Source: a virus (Duplodnaviria > Caudoviricetes). From it: a stretch of 64,000 nucleotides of DNA. The translations under genes were made by a program, and so were the position numbers. The stretch covers positions 30,994-94,993 of the IMG/VR virus record IMGVR_UViG_3300035208_001913. One strand, 5' to 3'. The notes beneath the pieces are model-generated. The model worked only from the letters and a program-made list of their open reading frames with translations. It was not told the origin of the DNA and ran no database searches. Of the stretch, positions 32,867 through 45,137 are shown one piece after another (position 1 is the first letter of the stretch; each line of letters opens with the position of its first letter).

Positions 32867-33724
32867 ATGAGAAAAGTAATAAATTTTGAAAAAGACAATT
32901 GTGAAGTAATCACATTAGAAGAACTCAAAGAAACATGTAGTTTAAGCGACTACAAGGGACATAAGCCAAAGGCAAAACCGCTTGAACATTATGAGCTTAT
33001 AGAAACAATCATAACTATGTTAACCATAAATAATCTTAAATTTGATATGGGTGACATATACACTTCTAAAAGTGATACAGTAAGAATAATGAAACTTGAC
33101 CCTGATAAGATAGGATTACTTGAAAGCTGGATGTTTCAACGCCTTGTTACTAAAATAGATATTCATTCTAATGATGCTAACTATACTCCAAGTATTGGAA
33201 TAGGCTATAATATCAATGGAATGACAATAGCTGTAGGAACTAATGTAAGGGTATGTAGCAACATGAGTATCTTTGGCAATAAACTTATTCAATCATATGG
33301 TAACAATGCTATACACGAACTTGATAAGTTTAAAGAATTGGTTAATACATGGATTACCAATATACCTGAGATACATAAAACCAATTTAGCAATCTTTGAA
33401 GGCTTAAAAGAAGTATCTATTGACCCAGTAATTGAAATGCGTAACCTTATAGGTGATTTGGAAATGGATGCTGTTAGAGCTGCTTATATTGATACTAAAC
33501 ACCCTGCTGCATTAAATATAGGACAAGTAAGCCAGTTAAGTAAAGATATTATGCTTGCTGACTTGGAAGGTAATAAAATGTTTACTGCTTACGAATTATA
33601 TAACTGCTGTACCTCTTTGCTCGTCCCCAATAGAACTGATATTGCTAACATATGGCAAGATAATGCTACCATTGGAAAATATTTTTGTCGTAGATACTTA
33701 CCTGAATTACAAACTATTGAATAA
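32867..33724 (+). CDS. DUF932-like protein
   Basis: 285 aa; VRVCSN and TAYELYNxxT motifs. Confidence 0.5.
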   Translation: MRKVINFEKDNCEVITLEELKETCSLSDYKGHKPKAKPLEHYELIETIITMLTINNLKFDMGDIYTSKSDTVRIMKLDPDKIGLLESWMFQRLVTKIDIHSNDANYTPSIGIGYNINGMTIAVGTNVRVCSNMSIFGNKLIQSYGNNAIHELDKFKELVNTWITNIPEIHKTNLAIFEGLKEVSIDPVIEMRNLIGDLEMDAVRAAYIDTKHPAALNIGQVSQLSKDIMLADLEGNKMFTAYELYNCCTSLLVPNRTDIANIWQDNATIGKYFCRRYLPELQTIE

Positions 33725-36463
33725 TGAATTATAATATTAAAGAGTTCAAAGAACTCAGAGATAGATATAATAGTATTACATTAGAAGAAATAGAAAATAT
33801 CTTTAAAGAGTGTGATGAAAACCGTGCCTATTATTTAACAGGTTTTGGAAATGATAGAAGTTGTACTTTATGTAAAAGTGCTCGTGAAGGATATAACTGT
33901 GAAAAATGTATATGGTGGTGGTATAATCCTATTAAAAACAATTCATTTGATGCAACATGTCAATATATGAAATTAGCCAAAACATATTATGCCATAGATG
34001 AAGCTAATACTCCTAAAGAACTCCTTAAAGCATTTCGCAATAGAGCTAAACTAATGACCGAAGTAATTAATAAATACGAATTCATAAATAATGAATACTT
34101 ATACTTTTCTGTTAAATGATAATACATCATATACTGTTATTACTAATGAACTAAGAACAGCAAGGTTTATAATAATGGGTAAGTTAGGTTATGATGTTAT
34201 GGATAAAGTAGTTTTTATTAATGTCCTTGAATTACCTAAAAAAAGAGGTTATGAATGGGACGCTAAAATTAAAAAATAATGGACTATATTAATATTGGTT
34301 CTCCCGGGTATGCTCAGGTAGGACAAGATGATTATTATGATAAACTTAAAGTAGAAAAAGCTATTGTTAAGTTACATATCGAAAAAGAATATCCTATTCC
34401 AGAAGAATTAAAGGGTATATGTGAACTCAAATGGAAATCATTTCCTCATGATTTTGGTACTTACCATGAACTATGCCTTGTTTATTCTAATAGAGTAGTT
34501 GATGAATGGGAAGAAAATGAAGATCCTCGGGCACAACAATTTTGGGACTTTGCTAATAAATGTGAAGATATGGATTTTGAATTATTGGAACAAGAGTGTA
34601 TAGAATTAGTAAAATTTAGAGAAGATATTGAAGCTGATGTAGCCTTACCACAAGATAATTATAATTATAATCCTTTTAAATAATGATAATAGGTGAAATA
34701 TATCATGACGAAATAAGCAATGAATGGGCTATTTCTTTTGGACAAGCACTTCATTTTCTTTTTGATGGAATAACTGATATTGATGAAATAGTAGAAATAG
34801 GTGGAGAGATGAATGTTACTCATAAACCCGATTTACATTTATTATTACATACAATAGATAATGAATGGCGAATTAAAAAAGATGGTTCATCAAAAAACAC
34901 AATAGTTGCTAAAGGCAATTATACAGATAGTTTTTATAAAAGTATGAAACCGTATTTTAAAATATTTATGAAATGAGTAATAAAAGACAATTTAGATGTC
35001 GGTCGTGTGGAGATTACTTTACACTATCTGATGAAGATAATGAAACTTACGAAGAAGGCTATTATGAATTTGAACCTGATATATGTGATGATTGCCTTCT
35101 TAATAGTACCTTTTCACATGAAGAAGATATATTCGATTGTACTGATAATTTATAATAAAATCTTTATTATGATAAATAAATATTTAACTAAAGAGATAAG
35201 ACACAAGATTTATGAAGTAGCATATAAAATGTATATTGAAAAAGATGGTGCTGGTTCTGAATTTATGTGTATGTGTATATCTTATGGAATGCACGTAGTA
35301 TTATCAGATAAAGCTAAAATACCTTTTGCTAATATGTCTTGTAATGAAAAAATCAATTACTTCCCTGAAATAATGGAATATAAACCTGTAGGAGATCCTT
35401 ATATTTGGTTTCCTACTGATAGCAAAGGAAGAGCTAAAAGAATATCTATTTTTAAAAAAGCTTTAAAAAACACAGAATAATTATGTGTCAAACAATAGTA
35501 ACAGCACAGCCAGTAGTAAATAAAAAAGGGTTTAATGTATCTGCTTCTATAAAAGTACAATCTAATGTGATGGAGCCAGGTGTTAAATATGAAATAACTA
35601 TTACTCCTATAAAGCCTAAATAATGGATAATCTAATACACTCCTTACATTTATTTAAAGAAGGAGATATAGTTCATAGAGTATATGACAACAAAAACTAT
35701 AAAATCATTGATGCAAGCAGTTCTATTTGGAAATTATTATGTGATAATGTAATAACCGAATGGAATGCTTGTAACAATGGTGGATTTAAATTAGTAAAAG
35801 ATTCTAATGAAGTAATACAATTATCAATTTTCTAAACAAAAACAATTAATTGAAGTTTAATATGAATAAATTTAATATTGGAGATGAAATATTCTTCATG
35901 GAAAATAATGAAATTAAAAATGCCAAAATAGTTGGTATAAGTTCTTATGTAGGAAGTATCTATTCTTTAAATATGAAAAAAGATATTCCACAAGGAGAAG
36001 TATTAAATATTTATCATTGTGGACCTTATGTAGAAGTAGAAGAAGATAAAGCGTATAAATCCTTAGCAGAATTAAAAAAAGTATTGTTTGCTAAATTTAA
36101 AGAATAATGTTTGAACGCATTATAAAGCGATTTAAGAGAGCCTCTTCTAAAGACAGCACTTTATATGAATTACTTATTGCGTTTAAAGAGAAGTGGGTAA
36201 CAAGTGATATGCTGGTAGATTTTGAGATTATATTAACTAAAGTTAAGAAACATGGAAAATAATAATAAATTAGGACAAACTTCTGCTTTTCCGACAACTG
36301 ACAATCCTTTATGGAAAGGCACAGGAATGAATAAAAGATTTTATGCTGCTTGTACTGCTATGCAAGGATTAATAATAAATGAAAGATTTCATAAATCAGA
36401 TTTACAAGATATAATTACGAAATCTTTTATACTTGCTGATGAACTTTTAAAACAAGAAAACTT

Positions 36464-36955
36464 ATGAAAAAGTATAAAATTGAGATACTTGAAACATTAT
36501 CTAAAATAATAGAAGTAAAAGCTGATTCTTACCATGAAGCATTTTTAAAAGTACAAAGTGATTACCAAAATTCAGTACATGTTTTAGACTCTAATGACTT
36601 TGTTAGTATGACATATAATGATGTTACTGAATATTCAGAACAAGATAAGCTAATTAAATTCTTTGATGATAATGGTTTTTCAGTACATTTATTCAAACAG
36701 GATAAAAAGCAATGTGCTGAATTAGAAATATGGACAACCGGTGGTGTAGATATGATTATTACTCTTATGCCTTTTAGTAAAAAAGAGTTTATAGGATGGG
36801 TAGATAGTTTTGATATTGATGAAGAAATTACAATCCATAGACAAGCAAAAGATTATTGTTCAGCTTTTACTTTAAGACAATCATTAGAGGACTTTGAAGA
36901 ATTTATAATTAAGTTAGGTACTATTGTTGAAAAATTAGAAAATGAACTTATATGA
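36464..36955 (+). CDS. Protein with N-terminal DpnD/PcfM-like domain
   Basis: KYKIEILETLSKIIEVKADS...AxxKVxxxY...VLDSNDF. Confidence 0.55.
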   Translation: MKKYKIEILETLSKIIEVKADSYHEAFLKVQSDYQNSVHVLDSNDFVSMTYNDVTEYSEQDKLIKFFDDNGFSVHLFKQDKKQCAELEIWTTGGVDMIITLMPFSKKEFIGWVDSFDIDEEITIHRQAKDYCSAFTLRQSLEDFEEFIIKLGTIVEKLENELI

Positions 36956-38186
36956 GTGATTATTTAGAACATTACAGATTACGTCTTGAACGTAATAATA
37001 AAGAATTAAAAGAATTAGCAGATAATGTCATTAAAGCTGATCCCGAAGTAGAAGTATATTTTAATAGAAATAATGAATTACAAAATAGCTTATGCTTCTT
37101 TAAGGGTGAGAGTATTAATGGTATAGCTTTTTATAAAGTACCCTATCGTTGGTCGGGTTGTGGATATTCAGAATTTGGTAAATGTCATAATGGTGGTGAA
37201 AACGTTTCTATGCCTTTTGACGTTAATGATGTACTTACTACTTTTATACCAATAACAAATATAAAGAAAAGCCAGCCTAATAATTTCTTTAAATCTAAAG
37301 AACAGTATTTAAAATGGTATTCATTCTATGAAAAATATGAGAGCAAATAAATTTTATAATTCAATTAATTCTCTTTACTGTGAATATGATTGTTGTAGTA
37401 TTACTCTAACTAAATGGGATAAATTAATGGAAGGTGCTATAAGAGCAAATAAGTATATCATTAATAGACTTCTTAAAGAATTTTGCCCTGAGCATTTTGT
37501 TAGTTTTGGGTTTGATATAAAGCCACTCAAAGACTTAGGTTGGTTTAATCCATATAACTATTACAGAACTAAAACTCATATTATTGTTGTCCATTCAGGA
37601 ATAGAATATTTCTATAAAATAAATTGCTTATGACACACGATAGACTTAACTTCCTACTATTAGAGTACAACTCATTAGAACAAATGTTTGAACAATATCC
37701 TAATATACCAAAGGATATAATAAGTCAATATTATAATGATAATAAACTTGCTGATTTAATGAAAAAGTATGATAATAATACTTATCTTAAAGCAATAAAT
37801 GATACTAAAAAACCTAAAAAGAAAAAGAAATGCAGTACTTAGACCAAAAACAGACATTATGCTTTGCTCATGATGAATCTTTTACCTTTATAATATGGGT
37901 TCATAATGGCAAATATTATTCAATACAAACTCATTTTATGGACTATCCTACTTGTTCTATGTGTATATGGGAAAATAAACAAGAGATGATAAATGATGTA
38001 GTATGGGATAATATGCTTATTGAAGCTATTACTGATGAAACACTAAAACAAGAAGTAGAATTCAAAGAACTTGCTTCTGATGCTGAATATACCAAAAGAA
38101 AAGAACAGTATTATTATGAACTTGAACAACGTAAAAAGAATTAACAAATATTTTTATCTATCTGTGCTTAATTAAATAAATTTTTA

Positions 38187-38194
38187 TATCTTTG
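38187..38194 (+). promoter_or_regulatory. Bacteroidota-type -7 promoter (TATCTTTG) of the replication operon
   Basis: Upstream of a hairpin-rich leader and the 38366 ORF. Confidence 0.55.
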
Positions 38195-38365
38195 TCTTAA
38201 TATTAGTTGGACGCTAATATTCCAAAATTAAGACAAAAATGAAAAGAAATTATTTAATAAAAGAGGTCGTACAGATAGGTAAAAATACTGTTGTTTTAGT
38301 CTTAGGGCATACAGTTACTCTAATCCATAGAGCCTATCATACGGCTTTTTATATTACACTATAAT

Positions 38366-38974
38366 ATGGCATTAAGAAATCAACCATACATTCCTTTGTA
38401 TGTACAAGACTTCATCACTGATGAAAAGCTAATAGAATGTTCTGCTTTAGCAACTGGTGTTTATATAAGAATAATGTGTGCTATGCATAAATCAGAACAA
38501 TATGGAATTATTTTGCTAAAGCAAAAGTACAAGCAAACTACAAGCACACATAAAAATTTTGCTTTACAACTTGCTAAACAACTTCCTTATGATGTTGCTA
38601 CTATTGAAACTGGATTAATAGAATTATTATCTGAAAAGGTAATATATATTGATGGTGATTCTCTTATTCAAAAACGAATGGTAAAAGATAATCAAGTAAG
38701 CGAACAGAGAGCATTAGCAGGTGGTTTAGGTGGTAAAAAAACTCAATCAAAACTAAAGAAAATAAAGAATGATTTTGCTTTAGCAAAAAATGAAGCAAAC
38801 ACTGAATATGAAAATACAAATGCAAATGCAAATGAAAATACAAATGCAGTTTGTATGGAGGGAGAAAAAGTTTCTTCCGACATACCAGTAATTTCTTCTG
38901 AGTTAGATAAAGAATTTACTCAACATCTTATAGAAACAGAATTAAAAGAACAACAAAACTTTTATAAACAATGA
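38366..38974 (+). CDS. Phage replication initiator-like protein (YdaU/DUF1376-type N-terminus)
   Basis: PYIPLYVQDF...GVYIRIMC...QKRM...RALAGGLGG; internal short repeats. Confidence 0.6.
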   Translation: MALRNQPYIPLYVQDFITDEKLIECSALATGVYIRIMCAMHKSEQYGIILLKQKYKQTTSTHKNFALQLAKQLPYDVATIETGLIELLSEKVIYIDGDSLIQKRMVKDNQVSEQRALAGGLGGKKTQSKLKKIKNDFALAKNEANTEYENTNANANENTNAVCMEGEKVSSDIPVISSELDKEFTQHLIETELKEQQNFYKQ

Positions 38975-39175
38975 ATTTAAATTTTGAATGTAAAGATTGC
39001 CAAATATCGGTAGGTTACTCAGGTAAAATAGCACTTGATATTGATGGTGCTGATGTAGATAATGTTTTAGATAACATAAAAGTGATTGAAGTGGTAAGTC
39101 ATTTCGATCATGGTAAACTACTTGATTTAATAGGAATGAAAGAATGTATGAATTACTTTGACTTAAAAGAAAACA

Positions 39176-39613
39176 ATGAATAAAATAATAAAATTCCGAG
39201 CTTGGAATAAAATCAAAAAAGAAATGAATTATAAGGTGTTGGTTGGTAATACAGACTTAAATGATACTAACTATACTTGTAATGCAATTTATCAGGAAGG
39301 TAAGGGATGGGTTAATGCTGACGATGTCTGTATTGACTTAATGCAGTACATTGGTATTAAAGACAAAAACGATGTAGAGATATATTCAGATGATTTACTT
39401 AAAGATAATGAAGGAGTAATATTTAGAATATATGCTGTTGCTGGTGGCTTTGCAATAAAAGCTAACTACTGGAAAGATAACTGTAACGACCTTGTTCATA
39501 CTGATGCTCTTATTATGGAAGCTTTATCATATCCTCAAAATGCAAGTTCGTTATCTCAATGTGAAGTAATAGGTAATTATCATTTAAATAAAGAACTAAT
39601 AAAACAATTATGA
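39176..39613 (+). CDS. YopX family protein
   Basis: IKFRAW...LMQYIGIKDKNDVEIY.DD...EVIGN. Confidence 0.85.
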   Translation: MNKIIKFRAWNKIKKEMNYKVLVGNTDLNDTNYTCNAIYQEGKGWVNADDVCIDLMQYIGIKDKNDVEIYSDDLLKDNEGVIFRIYAVAGGFAIKANYWKDNCNDLVHTDALIMEALSYPQNASSLSQCEVIGNYHLNKELIKQL

Positions 39614-39904
39614 ACTATAATAAACAATTTAAAGTAGATGATAATACTATATGGGAAGATACAGGTGAAATAAAAGTACACAACTATCCTCCTGATAGTA
39701 GAATGACTATGTCATACGTTACACGAATATATAAACAGTATATAAAAGGAGAAATGGGCTTTACTTATGTAGAAGGAAAAGCAATATATTGTCATACTGT
39801 CGGAAGAAGTTCATGGGCTTTAGTAAAAATAATGGGTGAAGCACAAAATGAACTATCTAAAACTTTACCAAGAGAAGAATTTTTAACTGAAATAAATAAA
39901 TAAA

Positions 39905-41281
39905 ATGAATAAAACTATTGATGTAGAATTACACTACAGAAACTACAAACAATTTGCTGAAAAATCATTTAAAGTAGAAGGTGCTAAAGCTCTTTTCTTT
40001 ATTGGTAGTAATGGGACTGGTAAAACCGGTGCTGCAATAGGACTTGCCGAAATGGTAGGTGCTATGAAAATAACTCCTCAACCTGTAATGCAAGGTGAAG
40101 TTGAAGGTTATAAAGAAGCTGACCTCGTTGATAAAGATGGATTTCCTGTGCATATTACCCACTGGTTTGATAATACAGGTAAATTCACTTTTAAGTTAAT
40201 TGATAAAGAAGGTAACAAAGTATCTCAAGTAGGTAAAATAAGAGAAATAATGGGTGCTGTTACTGTAATATCGGTTGATGATTTCTTTAAGAAAGCTGTA
40301 ACTGCAGAAGGAAGAAAAGACTTACTTAAAAATCTATTCTATAAACTATTAGATGATACTGATAGAGAAGCTATAATTGCAATAGATAAAGAAATGGTTA
40401 CTGAGTCTCCACTGTATAAAGAGATACATAGAATAAAAGGATTACTCACTTCTAAACAGGAAGTATTAAAGTCCTGGGCACTCACAGAAGATGAACAAAC
40501 TATACTTAATGAAATTGATGAAGTACAAGTACTTTATGATGAAAAGAAAGCAATAGTAGAAAATTATAACAACTGGGTTAAATCTAACGCTTCTGTTGAT
40601 ACTTTACTTGAAAATCATAAAGATAATAAGGTTAAACAAGAACGTGCAAAGGATAAGCTTAGAAATGATTATGAAGCTGAACTTATTCGATTAAAGAATG
40701 AGTATGAAAAGAATATTAAAACTGCTGATGATGAAATAGCTGAGCTCAATGCTAAAATAGAGAATTGTAAAGCCTCTGATGCTCCTTGTACAGAAGAAGA
40801 ATACTTTGCAGCTAAAGAACTGTTTGATAACATTACACCTCATATTAATAATTATGATAATGCAGTTAAAAGAAAAGCAACCTATGACTCTCATTTTAAA
40901 GAAATATCTCCTTTACAAATTCAACTGGTGGCAAAAGAAAAAGAGAAAGAAGATAAAAAGAAAAAGAGAGACGAACTCATAGCTAAAATTAATCTTGGTT
41001 CCTCTGTTACTTTTAGTGAAGATAGTTTCCTTATTGACGGTTTGAAAATAGATGAAAGTCAAATAAGTGAAAGTAAACTTGGTTTAATACTTATTGAATA
41101 TCTTTGCCAAACAAAATTAAATGGTAATCCTCTTATCTATGTGGGAGACCTTAGAATGTTTGATGATGAAAACTATGAAAAAGCTATGCAGATTTTCGAG
41201 CGCTATGGGAAAATCCCGATTATTGAAGAAATAGTAGGAGGAGCAGAAATAGAATTAGTAACTAAAATTGATGTAAAGTAA
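39905..41281 (+). CDS. SbcC/SMC-like AAA ATPase
   Basis: N-terminal Walker A GSNGTGKT, central coiled coil. Confidence 0.7.
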   Translation: MNKTIDVELHYRNYKQFAEKSFKVEGAKALFFIGSNGTGKTGAAIGLAEMVGAMKITPQPVMQGEVEGYKEADLVDKDGFPVHITHWFDNTGKFTFKLIDKEGNKVSQVGKIREIMGAVTVISVDDFFKKAVTAEGRKDLLKNLFYKLLDDTDREAIIAIDKEMVTESPLYKEIHRIKGLLTSKQEVLKSWALTEDEQTILNEIDEVQVLYDEKKAIVENYNNWVKSNASVDTLLENHKDNKVKQERAKDKLRNDYEAELIRLKNEYEKNIKTADDEIAELNAKIENCKASDAPCTEEEYFAAKELFDNITPHINNYDNAVKRKATYDSHFKEISPLQIQLVAKEKEKEDKKKKRDELIAKINLGSSVTFSEDSFLIDGLKIDESQISESKLGLILIEYLCQTKLNGNPLIYVGDLRMFDDENYEKAMQIFERYGKIPIIEEIVGGAEIELVTKIDVK

Positions 41282-41917
41282 TCATTTAATAAGGAGTACT
41301 GTACTCCTTTTAATATTAAAATTATGAAATGGGATGAACATACCTTAGTAGAAAGACCTATTGGTAAAATAAGGTGTAAGTTACCAATGACTAAAAAAGT
41401 ATTCACAGAAGATTATGAAATATTTGAATACGAAATAATAAACAAAAAACCTGTTTATAGATACTTATATTCATTAATAAAAGAAACAGACTTATATGGG
41501 AAAATTTAAAGAACAAGACATCGAGAAAAGAAATTACATACAACAAAACTTTAGTAAGTTAATAGCCGACTTATCCTTCAATTCTGCCAGAGATGAAATG
41601 CAAAATAATTCAGATTCATTTATTGATGATGATGATATTTATGACTATTCAGGAATATATGAAGAAAACACTGATAATAAACCAATAGAAATTCATTATA
41701 ATAAAGAGTTTCAAATTCTTTATAATCGCTGGGTAGAATACTATGAAAGTAAATTCTATGAGTTTATAGAAGTACCAGTAATAAATGATAATGAGTATAT
41801 ATTAGTTAGATGGCCAGAAAGTCAGAAATACATGACTAATAAAAAAGCTTCTTTAGCTGATAGTGATATGTTTGGCAGTTCTGCTTATTTTATACCTAAA
41901 AAATATTTAAAATAATG

Positions 41918-41948
41918 TTTGGTAATTAAAAAAGTTTATTTATCTTTG
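41918..41948 (+). promoter_or_regulatory. Bacteroidota promoter TTTG-N19-TATCTTTG
   Basis: Both -33 and -7 elements present. Confidence 0.65.
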
Positions 41949-42636
41949 GAGTGTATTTATAATTCATCAGAGCCAAATGTTAGATAGATTTTTCTTATTA
42001 AGCATAACTATTAAGAGGCAAACTTTGCTCTTTTCTTCTTATTCGGGTGGTTCTGATGATAAAAAGGAGCGGTTTGCTTTCTTAATATATATGGTTTTCG
42101 GTTCGGGTATTTTAAACCAATGCTTACACACTTATAAAAGCAGAAAAAATACGGAGAAACTACACAAACTATACTGTAATAATTCCTGCACTGTCTTACG
42201 ATTGACAACAGGTACTTGCATGGCTGGAGAGCTAAAACAGTATGATGTACAAGGGCATCTTTGGTTGAGGAGTAGTATTGATAGTCTTAGTGTTGTAATA
42301 AAGACTATGCTAATTGAATGTAAAAGAATAAGAAGAATATAAGAATGGGTATTTAAGAGTAGAAGTTTTAAAGACTTGCTCATTAAACAATCATTTGTTC
42401 ATTCGCCAACATTCTTAATACATGCAAGGGAAAAATCGTTATGCAAATATTTGAAAAAAAAATAATTTAAAAATAAATTAAAATGGCAAAGAAAAGTAAA
42501 GTAACTAATTATTAAAAATAATTTTATATCTTTGTATAATCAAATGTACGAGATTTGAAAGATATTGGTTGTAAAACCTCGAAGCCTCTTTCGGTTAGCT
42601 CGTACCTAATTGTTTGAGGCTTTTAAATTTTTAATT

Positions 42637-43299
42637 ATGATAGGCATATATAAAATAACATCACCAAGTAAGAAAATTTATATTGGACAATCAATTCATA
42701 TAGAAGAAAGATTTAAGGATTATAAATATAAAATTTGCAAACAACAATCTAAATTATATTCTTCTCTTAAAAAACATGGATATGATAAACATAAATTTGA
42801 AATATTGCAAGAATGTAATTTGGAACAACTTAATGAATTAGAAAAATATTATATAGAACTTTTTCAATGTTTCAATTCCAAATATGGATTGAATTTAAGA
42901 GAAGGTGGTGGTGCAAAAGGTAAAATGTCTGATGAAACTAAATTAAAAATAAAAAATATTAAAACAGGAAAAACTCAAAGTAAGGAAAGTAATGAAAAAA
43001 GAAGTTTAGCATTAAAAGGAATTAAACGAAAACCAAGAACACAAGAACATACGGATAAAATAACATGTAAAATAAAAGGAAAAAAACGTTCAGAAAATAC
43101 TAAACAAAAAATGAGTATTTCTAAATTAAATATGTCTCAGGAAACAAAAAATAAAATGAGTATATTTCATAAAAATCTTCCCGATAATCTAAGAAAAAAA
43201 CATAGTAATATTATGAAAAAAAATTGGAATAATCCAGAATATAGAGAAATGATGATTAATGCTCAAAATAAAAATAAATATAAAATAAATAAAATTTAA
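42637..43299 (+). CDS. GIY-YIG homing endonuclease with NUMOD3 repeats
   Basis: MIGIYKITSPS...IYIGQS; start placed at ATG 42637; own TATCTTTG promoter at 42527. Confidence 0.85.
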   Translation: MIGIYKITSPSKKIYIGQSIHIEERFKDYKYKICKQQSKLYSSLKKHGYDKHKFEILQECNLEQLNELEKYYIELFQCFNSKYGLNLREGGGAKGKMSDETKLKIKNIKTGKTQSKESNEKRSLALKGIKRKPRTQEHTDKITCKIKGKKRSENTKQKMSISKLNMSQETKNKMSIFHKNLPDNLRKKHSNIMKKNWNNPEYREMMINAQNKNKYKINKI

Positions 43300-43303
43300 T
43301 AAA

Positions 43304-43708
43304 ATGAAAAAATCAAAGGTAACTAAGGTAACATTTAAATCAGAATGGAAAAACCCTACTTCTGGAATGATAGTATTTTATTCTGAAATAGAAATGGAAA
43401 ATGGTGATAAAGGACAAATAGGCACTAAAGCAAAAGATGGTGTTAAAGAAGGTGATGAATTTGAATATTCTATGACCGAAGATGGTAGAGGTGGATATAA
43501 AATTAAAAAAGAACAATCTACTTTCTCTAAAGCATACGATAGAGCTTCTAATAATGTTGATAATCAAATAGGGCAGATGGTTGGTAACGCAATCACGAAC
43601 GCTTGTATGTTATTTGCTAATGGTAAAATAGAAAAAGATAAATTAGAAGCTACTGCCCAATGGATATGTGAAGTTAGCATGAAATTAAAAGAACATTTTA
43701 AATCTTAA
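43304..43708 (+). CDS. Putative single-stranded DNA-binding/OB-fold protein
   Basis: 134 aa, beta-rich; lies next to a nuclease and a helicase. Confidence 0.4.
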   Translation: MKKSKVTKVTFKSEWKNPTSGMIVFYSEIEMENGDKGQIGTKAKDGVKEGDEFEYSMTEDGRGGYKIKKEQSTFSKAYDRASNNVDNQIGQMVGNAITNACMLFANGKIEKDKLEATAQWICEVSMKLKEHFKS

Positions 43709-43710
43709 TT

Positions 43711-44736
43711 ATGGGAAGTCTTTCTGATTTAATAAAAAATAATAAAGTAGAACCAGTAAAGAAAGAGGAAAATAAAATAATACATATATCCCAAAGTATT
43801 ATAAAACGTCTTTATGATAAAAATCAGGAACCAATATTACATTGTCCTCTCGAACTCTATGAATGTGATATAAAACATAATTTCGATTTTCCTACCTCTT
43901 ATATGATTAAAGGAATGTTTGGTGAAACACTCTTATTAGGAAGTTGTGCTAAAGGTAAAAAAGTAGAAGATTTAGAAAAACATAAGAAAACTCATCTACC
44001 TTTAAAAGATGAAGTCAATATAAGGCAGCAAATAACAGAAGCTAATAAATTTATTATTGCCAATCAAATTAATATTATTCCTCATTATAATACTCAAGTA
44101 CCGGTAATATGCAAAGTAGAAGAAAATGTTTATCTTGTTACTGAACTTGACTGTTTCCCTACTATCATATGGTTTAAAGATGGACTTAAATTATGTGCTC
44201 TTGACCTTAAAATGAGTTCTGATATAAATTCAACCTGGGGAGAATATGCATGGCGTAAAAACTTTGAGTATATGGACCATTGTCAACCAGATAGCATTTA
44301 TTGGCTTATGGATCATATAGATATTGATTTATGCAAGAAAACATATCCGGAATTTGAAACAAAAGTAGGTTATGATAATATCTTTACTCAGCAAGTAATT
44401 AATAACCTTCATAAATTAGTTTTCATTTACTTTGTAATAGGTTATGATAAAGTCGATATTAAAGATATGGAACTCTTTAGAAGATGTAAGCATGATGTTA
44501 ATGAAAAGGGTGAAGAAATGCTCACTAATCATAATAGACAAAGAGATTTCTATGAACGTATGAGAAAGTCAATAGAACTTCTTAAAGTATATTATGATAG
44601 AGGGTTTTTACCTATACCTTATAATGATGTTGATAGAAAAAGAGGATGCCATAAATGCCACTGTAATGTTATGAATAAATCTGAATTAAACCCAAAAGCT
44701 TTTTGCGAAGAAGGAAATAAAATAAGGAGTTGTTAA
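43711..44736 (+). CDS. PD-(D/E)xK (Cas4-like) exonuclease
   Basis: ELD...ALDLK...Q motif and Cys cluster (CP...CHKC...C). Confidence 0.6.
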   Translation: MGSLSDLIKNNKVEPVKKEENKIIHISQSIIKRLYDKNQEPILHCPLELYECDIKHNFDFPTSYMIKGMFGETLLLGSCAKGKKVEDLEKHKKTHLPLKDEVNIRQQITEANKFIIANQINIIPHYNTQVPVICKVEENVYLVTELDCFPTIIWFKDGLKLCALDLKMSSDINSTWGEYAWRKNFEYMDHCQPDSIYWLMDHIDIDLCKKTYPEFETKVGYDNIFTQQVINNLHKLVFIYFVIGYDKVDIKDMELFRRCKHDVNEKGEEMLTNHNRQRDFYERMRKSIELLKVYYDRGFLPIPYNDVDRKRGCHKCHCNVMNKSELNPKAFCEEGNKIRSC

Positions 44737-45137
44737 TATGACTGACGAAATTTTTAAAAAAGAATTATGGGATTTAAATCCCTATTTCTCTAATCCATTA
44801 CATAACTTCACCAATACTAAGCACTATACAGAAGTAAGACTTGAAAATGATCCAGTACTTCCTACAGGTGAAAAACTTACTTTTAAACTTCTTTGTGAAA
44901 GGTATAAAGAATATGCACAAGATTGGCAAGAATCAGTGGGAAAAAGAGGAAAAGAATTTGTTGGTAAAAAAGATAAATTATTATCAATTTATCAATATAT
45001 AGATGATAAATTGTATGAAAGTACAATAAGAAAAAATATTCCTGAAAGTGATCCACGTTTTAAACTTATCTTTGGTGATGTTACAATTGAACAAATAGAA
45101 GAAGCTCATACACAATTTAGAAATACAATAAAAACTA

